Both the position numbers and the translations under genes were made by a program. Positions 22,508 through 35,606 of a DNA stretch of 64,000 nucleotides are shown here, piece after piece. The stretch lies in NCBI GenBank assembly GCA_013239625.1, contig MU053561.1:4819214-4883213 (forward strand), given 5' to 3'. Origin of the DNA: Lama guanicoe (taxonomy: Eukaryota). The first letter of the stretch is position 1. Each line of letters begins with the position of its first letter. Below the pieces are notes generated by a model. The model was not told the origin of the DNA and did not search any database. It saw only the letters and a program-made list of their open reading frames with translations.

Positions 22508-22660
22508 TTTTGTCTTTGAAATCTCCCAGAAAGATAGGAAATCTTTTTTGTCTTTGAAATCTCCCAGAAAAGGTAGGAATTTTTTTTTTGTCTTTGAAAT
22601 CTCCCAGAAAGATAGGAAATCTTTTGTGTTTGAAATGTCCCAGAGAGAAAGATAGGAAGT
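22508..22660. repeat. Minisatellite, 4 copies of about 36-41 bp
   Basis: Unit ttttgtctttgaaatctcccagaaagataggaaatc. The fourth copy is degenerate. Confidence 0.92.
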
Positions 22661-23270
22661 GAGGCCTAAAGGTGCTCAAAAAGGTCCTCTGACAGATTAT
22701 GACCATCCTCACCTTCCTGTAAAGTATTCCCACCCCGGAGTCCCCCACCAGGCCAGCAGCAATGCAGGCCTGGTCTGTTACTGGCTTGTCTCTCCCTCCT
22801 GTACTTGGTCTTCCTTTAGTGTCCCATGACTAACAGTTCCACAAATTGACATGTGCATTCCCTCAGGACACAGGCCCCAGTTCATCTCCCCCTATGATGA
22901 CTGCATGACCCTGAAACTCAGCCTTTTACATGAATTCCTAGTGTTCCTCCCTTAAGTTGATCCAGATTTCCCTAGCTCCTTGGTCTAGTCGTCCCAGCCT
23001 ACAAGGCGGTTCCCCCAATGGTTCTCTGCAGAGCTTTTAGGTGTTAGTTTTAAGAGGGGACGTCTTGAGAGTTTCCCAGACCCCAGCTGCTTCTGGTGAC
23101 GTTTTCCAGCTTTCTCTCTCTGATCTTAATCTCACTTTTTCTGTTAGATTTCCCTGGGTGTACGCCACGCTTTCTGATCTAGTAACGTGTAAAACTTCTT
23201 CCCCCACTCTCCCCATCCTCTTTTTGCTTCAGCCCAACTAATCGTCTGAGATTTCAACTCTCCTTCAAAG

Positions 23271-23728
23271 TGTTACCGAGCAAGGGCTCGCTACCTAACC
23301 CGCATAGAAGCTGAACTTTGAGAAAAGAAAGAGTTTTATCGCGAAGTTGACTGACAGAGAGACAGGAAGCAAAGCTCTAAAATCTTTCACCTTGAGCCAG
23401 GGTCCGGGCTGAAACTTAAGGGGTTAGGGGAATTTCAAACTTGGAAGCTGATTGGCTAGTCTTGAATTAGCTTCATGAGCTACTGGTGCTGCTGAAAGCC
23501 AGATTTTCCTTGTAGAAGGACTTCTTAAAGCGCTCTGGTGGCAACATGTCTGTTCTTTGAGATTCCTAGATTGAAGATTCTTGGTTCTAGGTCATCCTGG
23601 AGACCTGGGTTCCCTCTTGCACATGCGTAGTGATGTCTCTGTAAAATAGCTCCAGGTTTGATTAATCAGCAGCCCATTTAAGGAGGCAAAACCAGTTTAA
23701 GCTGGTCAATGTTTTATGTGGTGTTTCA
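23271..23728 (-). mobile_element. Solo ERV1 LTR
   Basis: Starts tgttaccgag (reverse complement of ...ggtaaca) and ends gtttCA. Near-TSD aaag/caag. Contains an ATTGG motif. Confidence 0.75.
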
Positions 23729-24339
23729 CAAGGATATCTGTCTCTTTCTATAGTTTAATTATCCTTTATTTTCATTTTCAGTATTTCATTCTGTACGTGT
23801 GAGAATGAGGCATTTTAAAAAGTATTATTCTTCTTTGATTCCTTGAGAAAATCTGATTCCTAAAGTCGGAAGATTCCATGCACAGGCCTTTTATGTTGCC
23901 TTCTTATTCTTTGGTTTTGTAATAATTTCACAGATCTGTTTCTCTGCCTAACCCCAAAAGCTGCTACATTGTCTTTAAAACAAGGTCCCTCATCCTTCTT
24001 GGTTCCTTCATTGGTAAACTGCCACTCATAGGTGAAGCCACATCTGGGTCTCAGAAACCCTAAGGCATAGCTTGAGTCTGTGTCGACAAATCAGAGCCAG
24101 CTGGAGACCACATTGGGCCCCTTGAGCCTGTGGCGATGCTGCAGGAAGTTAAATTTGATGCTTTCCCAATCTCACCTCTTGGCACAGAGGGCAATGTGAA
24201 ACAGTCAAAGAGGAGAACTGAATGCAGGGCAGCTCCTCTCGTCCTTGCTTGTCTATGTCTGGTGCAGTAATTTAGAGCTGGAACCACGCGGATGCTCTAT
24301 GATGATGTGGAACTCCGCCATGCCCGTGCACGTGGGGAA

Positions 24340-24810
24340 ATGAGGACGCCCACCCAGGCCACGTGGCTTCAGTATAAACTGGCATGACCATTCGGGAGAA
24401 CCAAGTTGCAGTACTTCGTGAAATTAGGTGTTCATCTGCCCTGCAACACAGTAGCTGCTCTTCAGAGAAATTCTCATGTAGGGGAACACTAAAATATTGT
24501 TCCTGGAGAGGAGTTGGAAGCAACTAAGAATCCTCCATTAAGGGATGAATAAGTCAAGTGCAGCCTAAGAAGTATTACACTGCAGCTAAATGCAACCTGC
24601 TAAAACTAGGGTGATTAAAATGCAACATAGATGGCTTTTTAAAACAGTGTTGAGTGAAAAAGGACACTAATGCAATAGTATCTATGCAAACTAAAATCAC
24701 ATACATAAAGCTCACTTCATATTGACAAAGATATTTATAATTCTAATCAAGATATATATCAAATACTTTAGAATAAATTTGTAATGGGGGAAGGGAGTGG
24801 GAGTGGAAAT
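24340..24810 (+). mobile_element. Ancient L1ME-like 3' fragment
   Basis: agtataaactggcatgaccattcgggagaacc...cagagaaattctc...gttggaagcaactaag are degenerate ORF2-end/3'UTR motifs. Confidence 0.55.
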
Positions 24811-24817
24811 TAGGGGT

Positions 24818-25368
24818 TGAATTAAGCATGTCTTTTTCTTCTGACGTTTTTGTATCTGGGGTCTTGCCGACCCCAGGGCTTGCTAGTTCCTAGAGAGAAC
24901 GAACGACTTACAGGGAGTGCACCTTTCATATACAGGTCAATCGACCCAGAGCCCACTCTCCAAACACCTCCTTTTTCAGGCTCTCATAGGGCTCTTACAC
25001 ACAGGACCACTATCTGCCTGCCCTAATCACCCCACACTGGTACCAGGCTGCAAGAGACAACCCCCGAGCCCCAGAGCCTGCTGAAATTATTTCAAACTAG
25101 CCAGTCCTAAGCCTGCTTACCCAGCCTCGCCTTGCCGTCCCTTGAAAACCACAATACAGGCTCTTGCCCATGTTGTCCCCTTGCTCCTTCTGCCTCCAGA
25201 CTTGTTCTGGTACCTCCTGTGTGGCCCTGTGTGGCCCTATGCTGCATGGCATCCCTCCTGTTTCTAGGGATCTGTGAGTACAAAACTTCTTCCTTCATGA
25301 GAGTCATTTCTGTGTCTGTGTATCTTACCATGACCAATTAAAATTAGCCTGAGGTAAATTTTAAAACA
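24818..25368 (+). mobile_element. Solo LTR (MER31/MER67-like ERV1)
   Basis: TG...aaaaCA termini. TSD GGGGT at 24813-24817 and 25369-25373. Motifs ctgctgaaattatttcaaactagcc and ctagggatctgtgagta. Confidence 0.75.
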
Positions 25369-25430
25369 GGGGTGAATTGAAAAAATAAAAGCAGAGAAGG
25401 GTCTTGCTTTGATTATGGTGAAATGGGTCA

Positions 25431-26317
25431 TGTAAAAGAAAACTAGTCCTGTGTGCTCCTCAACTCACAATACACTCATACTTTTCTGGCCATCAAATTT
25501 GTGGGGGTTGCTCCCACAGCAAACATTCTCGGCCTCTGGCCACTAGTTGGGTGTCCTACAGTTCAGTTCCGTTATGACACTATCTACCCAGAGATAATGT
25601 CAGATCTCACACGTGATGCTCAGTCCTACAAGATTGCCTCCCGGCCCCCTCCCCCACATCAGATACCGGTTGCAAGTCCAGGTTGTTGTTACCTGTGCTT
25701 CTGATTGGCTATAAATTGGAGGTTCCTACAACCCCCTCCTCAGGTTCAATTAATTTGCTAGAGGAGCTCACAGAATTCCAGAAAACATTTTACTAGATTA
25801 TCAGTTTATTACAAAAGCGTATAATTCAAGTACAGCCAGAGAGAAGAGATGCATAGGGCAAGGTGTGTGCAAAAGGGTGATGGAAACTCTTTGGACATGC
25901 CACTCTCCCAGCACCTCCACATGTTTGTCACCTGGGAGCTCTCTGAGCCTGGTCCTTTTGGATTTTTATGAAGACTTCATTACATAGGCATGGTTGATTA
26001 ATTGGGCCAAAATCACTGGACTTTAGTGGTTAACTCCATGTCCAGTCCTTGTACCTTCCCCAGTGCGGGGTAGCCCTCTATTCACAAGGCTGGTTTCCCT
26101 GGCAAACAGCTTCCAAACTTAGGGGCTTTCCAAAATTCACCTTATTAATATAAACTCAGGTGATTGAAAGGGGCTTACTATGAATAACAAAAGACACCTT
26201 TATCACTCATCACTTAGGAAATTGCAAGAGATTTAGGAGCTCTGTGCCAGGAAAGGGGAGAAGACCCTTTTATATTAGATACGAAATATATTTCTTATTC
26301 TAAATCCCAAGATCACA
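25431..26317 (-). mobile_element. MER21-type LTR
   Basis: TG...CA termini. Perfect 5-bp TSD GGTCA at 25426-25430 and 26318-26322. MER21 motifs (aatttgctagaggagctcacagaa; agagatgcatagggcaagg). Confidence 0.88.
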
Positions 26318-26817
26318 GGTCATGAACTGAGAAGGCTAATTAACCCGAAGTGCTGCAACTAAGAACCAAAAGAGACCACCACCACCAAACAAACCCCCAA
26401 GAAACCATCCCTCGGCCTTCCCCTGAACGCAGGTTCCAACCTCATACTCTGCAATGGGCTTGTCCTCATACACTGATGCAGCTTGTCCAGAGCTCACTAG
26501 GTAAACCAGTGGTTCTAGCTTCATTTCCACTAAGGCTCGGTTAAGTATATCAAACCAGTTCATTTACCGCCAGTCTTCTCAGAGTTTTGGTACACTGTGC
26601 GTCTCCAGGAGGGCTACATAATATGAAGCATTTCTGAAACTTGTTTTCTTAGACAGCTTGATTTTGTGTTCTCTGAGTCACGGTTGGTGACAACTGTGCT
26701 GGTGAAAGTAAACTGAGGCATGAGATAAGCAATAAGATCTTGGCTCACAGGCATGCATCTGGCCACTCCTCAAGTTTCATTAGGTGGGTGTTGTAAATGA
26801 CACAACTCAAGACACAT

Positions 26818-26941
26818 GGATAACCTTTAATAAAAAAGGATGTGAAAACGAATATATCAATATATATGTATGACTGAAACACTATGCTGTACACCAGAAA
26901 TTGACACATTGTAACTGACTATACTTCAATTAAAAAAAAAA
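26818..26941 (+). mobile_element. Short L1 3' tail
   Basis: gactgaaacactatgctgtacaccagaaattgacac...ttcaattaaaaaaaaa. TSD aagaca(c/t)at. Confidence 0.85.
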
Positions 26942-27379
26942 AAGACATATTGAGAACTGAAAGACCAGACTAGGACCTTGGCCTTCACTCAAGTAGGAGA
27001 ACATTCTAATACATGGTGATGTTTTCCCTAAATGTTTAAGTAAGCATTGTAAAAACTACTAACTACATGCTATTAATTCTAGTATATGATCTGTAGCATC
27101 ACATTTTATGATATGTTTGTGACAAAAGTTTCTGATTTTTTTTAAACGCAATAAATACAAGCTGGTTAGCCTGTATGTTTGGAAGTTAGCCTGTTTTTAT
27201 ACAAATTTCCCAAACTATAAGCTTTATCAGAGTTAAATATTTACCTTTTTGAACACTTTTCTGTTTCTCAGATCTATCCGATATTGATCCCCAAATCATA
27301 TTTTAAAGGTTGGTGTTCTTTTTTTCTTTATTTCTACCTGTTTGAGATAATCCCAAAGGACAAAAAGACTTAAGTTGAA

Positions 27380-27550
27380 ATATGACTCCTACCTACAGCA
27401 ATAACTCATTGTTATCTTAAGTTTGGGGGAAAAGAAGAATTAATCAGGAAATCTGATGTAAGTATCATGAGGATTAATGGAGTTAATATATGTTATTTGC
27501 TTGGAACATTGCTTAGCACAAAGTAAACACTATATATAAATGTTTGTTAA
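27380..27550 (+). mobile_element. MIR fragment
   Basis: tgaggattaatggagttaatatatg...cttagcacaaagtaaacact is the MIR 3' part. Confidence 0.55.
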
Positions 27551-29504
27551 AGAAATGCAATAAAAAATTGAAAAAGCAAGATAGACAAAATTGGTGAAGT
27601 GATGACAATTTCTTATCTACTCTCCAATAAATACAAGTTCCACAGAGGACTTTGAGAGAGTAAGAGTTTTCTCCTTTTTTATAGTAAAGAAAGAAAAGTC
27701 TTTTAATGCTGACTTTATTTTTTTTTTAATCCAAGGAAAAAACTCCCCCAAGTCTCAAAGCTTTAAATAAAACTATTTTCTTTGAACAAGACTTGTTATT
27801 GCTTGGAAAGAAAAATCAAATAGTTCTCATTTCTCACCAGTAGAGAAACCACATGATGTGAGGGTATAAATATTGCCTATTAATAGTGAGTTGCCGGCCG
27901 GCTCTCTTAGTTTGAAGGCATTGGCTCAGCCAGCTTTACAAACCACATCTTCTTCCAAAGAATCTACATTTTCTTTATTTACCAGAAATGTCATTAGGTG
28001 GAAATCTTCTGAAAGTGACTGTCAGATCTTGTGACCCCAAAATGTCCTCTGCAGTGAATTCTAGTCCAAGACTCGTCCACTTTTGAATATTGTATGTTCA
28101 TAGAGTAACTAGTAATTGAGAAGAAAGAAAACCCCTGAGGTCATTTTCTGTACAAACATAAAGACTTGTGGAACTTGAAAAACTGGACTGGGAATATAAA
28201 AATCTTGATGTAAATCAGTTACTTTTGGCATCACCTGGGAACATTATTTGTCATGGTAAGACTTTTGATAGCAAGTTTTAATAAGTAGATGTTGGGAGAT
28301 TGGGAGGCAAGGTTTGATGAATATTTTATTTTATATCCAGAAAGTTATTCTTAAACCACCAATTCTTTCTGTGAGAAAAAAATTCTGCTTTACCAAAGAC
28401 AATATATTTCAGAGAGAATAATTTAGGGATTCCGAGGACCTCAGAAACCATCAAAAGAGGCAAAACAGAGTTGTCTAGTGGCCACAAACCCCTCGTTGCC
28501 TTGGAGAGAAAACAGCAGATGCAGTTCATAAAGAAAACTGATTTTAGTATGTCAAGTTTTACTCCAGTGGATCTTGCCTATTTTTTCATGTTTAATGTTT
28601 CATGGAGCCAGTCCTGCAAAAAAGCCCTTTGTATGTATGTAATATTTCCAAAGCCTTTAAGGAGAGAGATGTCTTCTGATCCATGAATCTAGGCTCAACA
28701 TTCTATTTCTCATATGATGCTAAACGTGCTTTGTAATTTAAAGAAGTTTATGGAACATGGAAAACTTGACGGGAGATAAGAAGGTAAAAGACTTTAGTAG
28801 CTCTTCGTGAAAAGGAATGAAATATGGCCTTAAAAATAGGGATTTTCAATCTTTTTGGAGATGGTACACCAAGTTGATTTTATGTCTCTATTTCATGCCT
28901 TGCCACTTAAGTCCTTCATAGAAATATTCTCCAATTTCTTGTTCAAGTTTATTTTGTTTGGATAGTTCCCCTGATAAAATATTTTTTAAAATCTTCATTG
29001 CAATTATTGAATATAGCCTGAGTAGTTTCCAGAATTAAACCTGGATACGACTGAACTACTTAAACCAGTGCTTTCCCTACTAATTCACATTGAGGAGCTC
29101 AGGTTTCTTCAAGCCCCAGCATTTTTGATTATGTGTAACTGCTCCTTCATTAGCAAGACTATTTCAACTGGAGCTTCCAGTGAAGAACTGTCCTGTCTGA
29201 ACATTTTGGTTGTACCAGAGACTTTTCCTTTTCCTTTAAAATCCTGTGATGCTATTTTGATTTTTAACAGCAACAATACATGTGTATTATTTTTTTAAAG
29301 CCCTAAAAAGTAAGATTTGTGGTATTTCCTTGATTCTAAGATGCCCCCAAGAATTTAATGGAAACTTTTTGAGAACTGCCTCTCTCAGATATGAGATATC
29401 TTTCAGTTTCAAAGAGTCAAGTTGCAGGGAATAAAGTATGGGTGATAAGAAATTATAGTACATGTACTGACATGGATAAATGTCTGAGATATATTTTAAA
29501 GTGT

Positions 29505-29885
29505 TATATGAGCAACATGTTAGCTAGTATAACAAATAGACCCCTAATGTGCACAGTAGAAGTATACTTCTTGTTCACATAACAATCCTGAGCAGGTGAA
29601 CACGTTCTTGGGGTGACTCTCCTCCAAGCAGCCCTGCAGAGGTCAGACTGAAGAAAGCCCTATCATCTTCAACATGGGGCTGCCTCCATCCCTGCCAGCT
29701 AGAAGCATGTATTTATGGGAGGTTTTTACGGCCAGCCTAAACAATGAGCACGACACTTCTGCTCATGTCCCATTGCCTAGATTTAGTCATATGACCACAT
29801 CTAAGTGTAAGTCAGGCTAGGAAATGTATTCCAGATGTGTTCTCAGAAGGAAGAGAACACGAATTATACTCTAGCAATCTCTAGT
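29505..29885 (-). mobile_element. MLT1-type MaLR LTR
   Basis: tataacaaatagacccc...cacttctgctcatgtcccattg...ggctaggaaatgta. Confidence 0.7.
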
Positions 29886-29930
29886 GTGTGTATGGATATA
29901 TGTCTTAGTTAAAAATACAGAAGTGCTAGC

Positions 29931-30962
29931 TGTATGAGGGTTTTCCAGAGAAACAGACCAATAGGAGATAAATAAGAATATATACATATATGTGGAGTTG
30001 GCACACACAATGATGGAGGCTGGGAAGTCCCACAGTCTGCCATCTGTAAGTAGGAGACCCAGAAAAGCCTGTGGTGTAGTTCAGTCTGAGTCTGAAGGCT
30101 TGAGAGGGGTCAGGGGAGCTGGAGGTGCTGTAAAGATGAGAGTGGAACTACATTCCACAGTGTTAAGAGGAGCTGGTAACTAATAGAAATTCTTGAGCTT
30201 GTCTTACAGAACAACAGATAAGGGAAAATCTTGTTAAAGCCCCTTTGCATAATTATAAACTGCCTTCATTAATTAAGCTCACTTTAGTTTTTTTTGTTGT
30301 TGTTCTTTTCTTTCTGTTTTTCCCCTCTAATTGTGTATCTTCCCAGCTTCAGGTAGCCCAACTGTTTTACAGGAACTTGGAGTCTGCTCTTGCCCAGTGT
30401 GAGCTGGCTGGGGCTGGTTGAGACTACTGATCTCTTGACATGAGAGGGCTGGAAAACTCCACCCTACAACCAGGCTAAGCAGTTCCATTTGGAATATGCG
30501 GAGACACGTAACCCAGATGCACCTGCGCAGAACACTGACTACCTCACTTTTCCCTGCCTCTAATCACCTTCCCCATGCCTACCCCGTAAATATCTCAGCC
30601 CCTGCTTTTAGGGAGTTTTGGCCACCTTGTGAAAAAATTTTTTCTTGGCTACAAACCTTGGCCTCTCGGCGTTTGGCTTGCTGTGCTTTGGGCAAAGGGA
30701 CCTGTTCTGGTAACAAGATGTCCCAACTCAACAGTGAGGAAGGAAAAAGGGGTGAATTTCTCTTTCCTCCTCCTTTCGTTCTGTTGAGACCCTCAGTGGA
30801 CTGGATCATGCCTACATATTAGAATGGCAGTACACTCTAATAAGCCCATGGATTTAAATGCTAATCTCATCTGGAAAGACCCTCATGGACACACTCAGAA
30901 ATCAGGTTTAATCTTGGCATCCCAGTGGCCAGTCAAGTTGGCACATAAAGTTAACAATCACA
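29931..30962 (-). mobile_element. MLT2 (ERVL) LTR split by a younger LTR
   Basis: tgtatgagggttttccagagaaacagaccaatagg...caagttggcacataaagttaacaatcaca. TSD ctagc/ttagc. Confidence 0.85.
30137..30715 (+). mobile_element. Solo ERV1 LTR nested in MLT2
   Basis: Starts tgagagtggaactacattcc and ends cctgttctggtaaCA. MLT2 sequence resumes immediately after. Confidence 0.75.
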
Positions 30963-31054
30963 TTAGCACATACATAAAATAAAAATGGAAGGCTATGAAT
31001 GAAATTACTTATCATGACTTCCTCAGCAGAAGGGATAGGAAGAAGATTTTCTAT

Positions 31055-31165
31055 TTTTATTTTATTTATTTTTAAACATTATTTTTAAAATTGTTTATTG
31101 AAGTATAGTTGATTTACAATGTGTTAGTTTCAGGTGTACAGCAAAGTGATTCAGTTATTACATAT
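31055..31165 (-). mobile_element. Short L1 3' tail
   Basis: tttattgaagtatagttgatttacaatg...cagcaaagtgattcagtt. Confidence 0.8.
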
Positions 31166-31647
31166 TATTTTTATTTGTTTAATTGACATCTTTAAAAAAT
31201 TTTAGAAGCAGAAAAAATTGATAGTGTTTTTTTTTTTTTTTATAATGTAGAAGGCTACAAGGACCCTAGTGGTGAAATGGAGATAACTTCTCTCCATCTA
31301 AAGTTTCTAAGGCTTGGCATCTGGTTAAGACTGCAAACATGTTTACCTATTTTTAAGCAATATTTTGGTCCCTGTTGATTCAGTAAGAAATACCAGTGAC
31401 AGGCTTCCATAAAACTCATTCACATACGTGTAGATGTGCATTTTTTATTCTTCCACTGATTCTTTTCAGTCCCAGGAGTGAACGTCCTTCTCAGACTATG
31501 TGAAGAAGTGACGTGGGGATACTGAGCACTAAGACATGGCAGCCCGTCCGGAAGTTACAGATAGAGACACCCTGAAACTGAGAAAGGACTGGGATTCCGA
31601 ACCACCTACTAGTTCGTGATCAGTGACCTCAGGCAACTCACTTATCC

Positions 31648-31865
31648 CAGGGTCTTTCCATCTCGACACAAAGACATTTTGGGTCAGAAAATTCTTTGTG
31701 TGGATGCTGTCCAGGGCACTGTAGGATGTGTGACAGCGTCCCTGGGCTCCACGTACTGGGTGGCAACAGCACTCACAGCCCCCTCCCCCAGTTGTGACAA
31801 CAACATCTCCATGTATCGCCAAATGTCGCCTAGGAGTCAAACTCACTGCTGGCTGAGAGCCACTG
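31648..31865. mobile_element. MER20 (hAT-Charlie) inserted in a MIR
   Basis: cagggtctttcc...gagagccactg termini, MER20 body, near 8-bp TSD acttatcc/acttaatc. Confidence 0.8.
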
Positions 31866-31944
31866 ACTTAATCCCTATGAATTTCAATTTCCTCGTTGGT
31901 AGATTAGGGATAATAATACTTTTCTGGTATAATAGGTTAAGAAA

Positions 31945-32300
31945 GCAACACTAGCCTTTATAATAAACAATCCCCAAATCTCAGTGCCTTAGCACAATAC
32001 AAGTTTATTTATTTATTTTTTTTTGCCTGGGTTCCATCAATGTGAATATTTGTGGTCTGGTAGCTTTCTTTGTGGACAAATTCTGGGACGGGCTCCTGCC
32101 ATTTTGTGAATGATGTTGTGTGCCCTCCTCTATCTAGGCTCTTGGAATTCTCTCCATTCAGCTGAGAGATGGAAAAAGAGAAGGGGGGAGGTCACAACAA
32201 GTGGGGTTTATTATGGGCCTGGAAGTAGCACATATTTTTCCTGCTTCCATTCCATGTGCCAGGAAACACCTGACACTATCCGCATAAAGGTTTGGATAAT
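31945..32300 (-). mobile_element. MLT1-type MaLR fragment
   Basis: aacaatccccaaatctcagtgccttagcacaatacaagtttatt. Confidence 0.6.
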
Positions 32301-33854
32301 TTGTCTACTGATTGTGGAGTGTGTGCGTCTGTGCGTGTGTGTGTCTGTCTCAGGTTTCACTCAGTGGATGGAACAAAAGAGGTGACTTTGACATTGACAT
32401 TGGAACCTCTAGAAAAATGAAGGATTTCAATCCAACAGTCATTCAGTCTCCCCCAGCTGTTTCTGTGAGTCTCGAGGGACAGCTCGTAGGTACTCAGGAG
32501 GAGTGACCTCAAGTTCGTTTGCTTGATCTTCTCTTGGAAGCCCATGGTGCACATGGTGCACCCTCGAGGGAGGTTGCTGGCCTCTGCTGCCGCTGGTGAC
32601 CCTCATGAGACCAGGTCTGCTGCCACTAGGCCATGAGAGTCCCCACTGCAGCTGCTCCCTGCAGTTTTACAGCCCCTGCCAGACCCCGCTGGTATGTTGT
32701 GGTACAGAAACAGGGGCAATGACCCCTCTCCCCCAGACTGGCTGTGCTTGGGTGCCACAGCCTCAGTTGTGCCCAGAATTTTGCCAGAGCTTTCATTAAA
32801 GGTGCTCCTTTGCCTTTCCGTCCGAACGCTTCTCTCCACTGGAGATCAAATCTAGTCTGTTAACCCGCACAGTTGGCAGGAGCTGGCCAAGGCGAGGAGA
32901 CTGTAGCAGGGACAGAAACTGCCCCTTTCCTTCCTTTTCTCTGCTACACTAGCACCTCTGGCCCTCCAGAACTCCTCCCGCCATCAGCCCATGCAAATAG
33001 ACGCCACAGGGGTCACCAGCCCATCAGTTCTGAAACAGCAACCTGGGTTGGCTCAGCCAGAACTGCTGTGTGTATGTTAGATTTACGTGTAGATTAGATT
33101 TAGCAGCATCCTTCCTGAGATTCCCAGAGTGTACTCAAAAAGGATGACGTTGCAACCAAGAGCATCTAAATGAAGTGGAAGACATCTCAGGGTAATAAAG
33201 CGGCGTCTGCTGTGTCTGCCCAGCGACACAGACTTACTGTTGATTTAGTTCACAGGAACTTTAGGGCTCTTTGCACTTAATAATACTTTGGTTACAGCAT
33301 ATTAAGCACACATGATAAATCAGATGCTATTCACACTTAATTAAAGCTGTGGCTTTCTAAAATAAATCACCACCAGCAGCAATCTCAGGGAAATTAAGCC
33401 ACCCACCTCACTTGCCTGCTCACTCATCCGTCCTCCGACTTAGAATGGATACTTAGCTCAGTCACCTAATTAGGTTAACAAGTGTTTTTAATGAACTCAG
33501 TTTCTATTACCTGCGGTAAAGATCATATCTGAGATTTCTAAAACTCAAATAGAAAATGTGGGGCTTGACTTCTATTGATTCAAATATATTTAGCAGACTG
33601 TAAATTTAGTTCTTTGGTCAGACGGATGAATGCAATCAATTACTCTCCTGTTCTCACACAGGCTGTCTTCTTTTGACCCCTGGAGTTGGCTGTCCCTACA
33701 TTTTAATTGAGTTGGCTACTTTCCAGGCCACTGTGATAACAAATAGGATAACATTTCAGAGCATTTCTGTGACTGAGGAGATACTGTTAATTGATGCCTA
33801 AGAGCTGGAGTGGTTTTTTTTCTTTTAATAGGGAGAAGAGTTTAACAAGAATGT

Positions 33855-34010
33855 GTTTATGAGTGAGGGTGTATGTGTGTGTGTGCATGTGTTGTGTGTC
33901 TGCACATATGTTAGAGTGTGTGTGAGTGCTCAAATGTGTGTGTGCACTTATGTGTGAATGTGTATACCTGTAAAAATATTTGCATGCTTGTGTGAATGTG
34001 TATGATCTTG
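33855..34010. repeat. Degenerate (TG)n tract
   Basis: Interrupted TG repeats. Confidence 0.8.
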
Positions 34011-34394
34011 AATGAGGAAGAAAGAGAGAGAGTAAGTGCTTAGGGGACTAAAAAAATCAGTGAGCTGACTGGTCTCAGCTGGATCAGTCAGTGCTCCTCT
34101 TGGAACCCCCCAGTCAAAGGCTTTGTCTCTCACATGCCTTTGACTCGGTTGGCTCATTTTGTTGAGAGGAGAATGGAATCTGCTCTCAGAGGGCTCCTAG
34201 GTACCTATGACTATCTCTCAGGGCTCCTGAAGAGACAGGAAACAGGGGCTGGGTTTTTTTGCTCATGGATTAATCTGGATTCACAAGTCTCTACACTCAA
34301 CCTGCATCTTTGTCCCTAGAATAAATACACAAACAAACAAAGCTGGCTTTTACTATCCCAAGTCTGGAAAAAGAAGAGATAAAGGGATTAATAT

Positions 34395-34555
34395 TTCCTG
34401 TGTATTTATTATACGACAGGCACCATGTTGGCCACTTTGGAGGTGAAGAAATGAGGCTGGATGAGGTTAAGTACTTGCCCTAAACCTCACAGCTAGGAAG
34501 TGACAGGGCTGAGATCAAAATCCAGCCTACACCCTTTCCATTAACTACATTGCCT
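34395..34555 (-). mobile_element. MIR
   Basis: gaagaaatgaggctggatgaggttaagtacttgccctaaacctcacagctaggaagtg is the MIR core. Confidence 0.7.
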
Positions 34556-35156
34556 GGCAACACCTTGGGGGAGACTCAGATTTTAAAAATTTTGATTGTG
34601 CCCCCAAATCTTGGCCAACACGCTGGTTAGATTAAATGTAGCTCAAATGATGATAATGATCTTCAAAAAATAAAAGGAAACAGAGAAATTTTAAAAAGCA
34701 AGATCACAGACTCTTTCTCGGCAAAAATTAAATGTAAACACCAGCAGAAGCTGCAATAACAAAACAACCCAACCACATCAAATAAACCGTAATGTAGTTA
34801 CAAATTCATGCCACAAACTTCAAGATTAGATGGTCAAAGGAAGACATGGAAGACGCTGGTGAAGCTCAGTGAGGCTGCGTCCCAATCAGTCAGAATTATT
34901 ACTGGGGAAGGGATGGGAGTCAACACAATCCTGAGAGCTCTCTGATCCTCCCTCAGTCTGGACAAAAGTGGTCTGAGGGGGTGAAGAGGAGAAGCAGGGG
35001 AATGTCACAGGGAGAGCGGAGGAGGGGCTCCAGCCTGAGAGAACAATGAAGAGAGGAGTCAGGACGACCTTATCCACACACACGCGTTACCCTACTACAA
35101 CCAGGAACTCAGCATTCTTGGAGACAAGAAAATGGATGAGGCAAGATGCTCAGGGA

Positions 35157-35606
35157 CTGACAACATAATGCCATTTGCAGCAACATGGATGCTCCTAGAG
35201 AATGTCATTCTAAGCGAAGTAAGCCAGAAAGAGAAAGAATACCATATGAGATCGCTCATATGTGGAATCTAAAAAACAAAAACAAAAACAAACAAACAAA
35301 CAAAAACAAAGCATAAATACAGGACAGAAATAGACTCATGGACAGAGAATACAGACTTGTGGTTACCAGGGGGGTAGAGGGTGGGAAGGGATAGACTGGG
35401 ATTTCAAAATTGTAGAATAGATAAACAAGATTACACTGTATAGCACAGGGAAATATACACAAAATGTTATGATAAATCACAGAGAAAAAAATGTGACAAT
35501 GAGTGTGTATATGTCCATGAATGACTGAAAAATTGTGCTGAACACTGGAATTTGACACAACATTGTAAAATGATTATAAATCAATAAAAAATGTTAAAAA
35601 AATAAA
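35157..35606 (+). mobile_element. Young 5'-truncated L1
   Basis: Clean L1 3'UTR (gccatttgcagcaacatggatg...caataaaaaatgttaaaaaa). TSD aagatgctcaggg at 35143-35155 and 35607-35619. Confidence 0.92.

Noticed and set aside
22508..22660. CRISPR-like array
   Set aside because: Head-to-tail units with no unique spacers, no cas genes, and a mammalian context.
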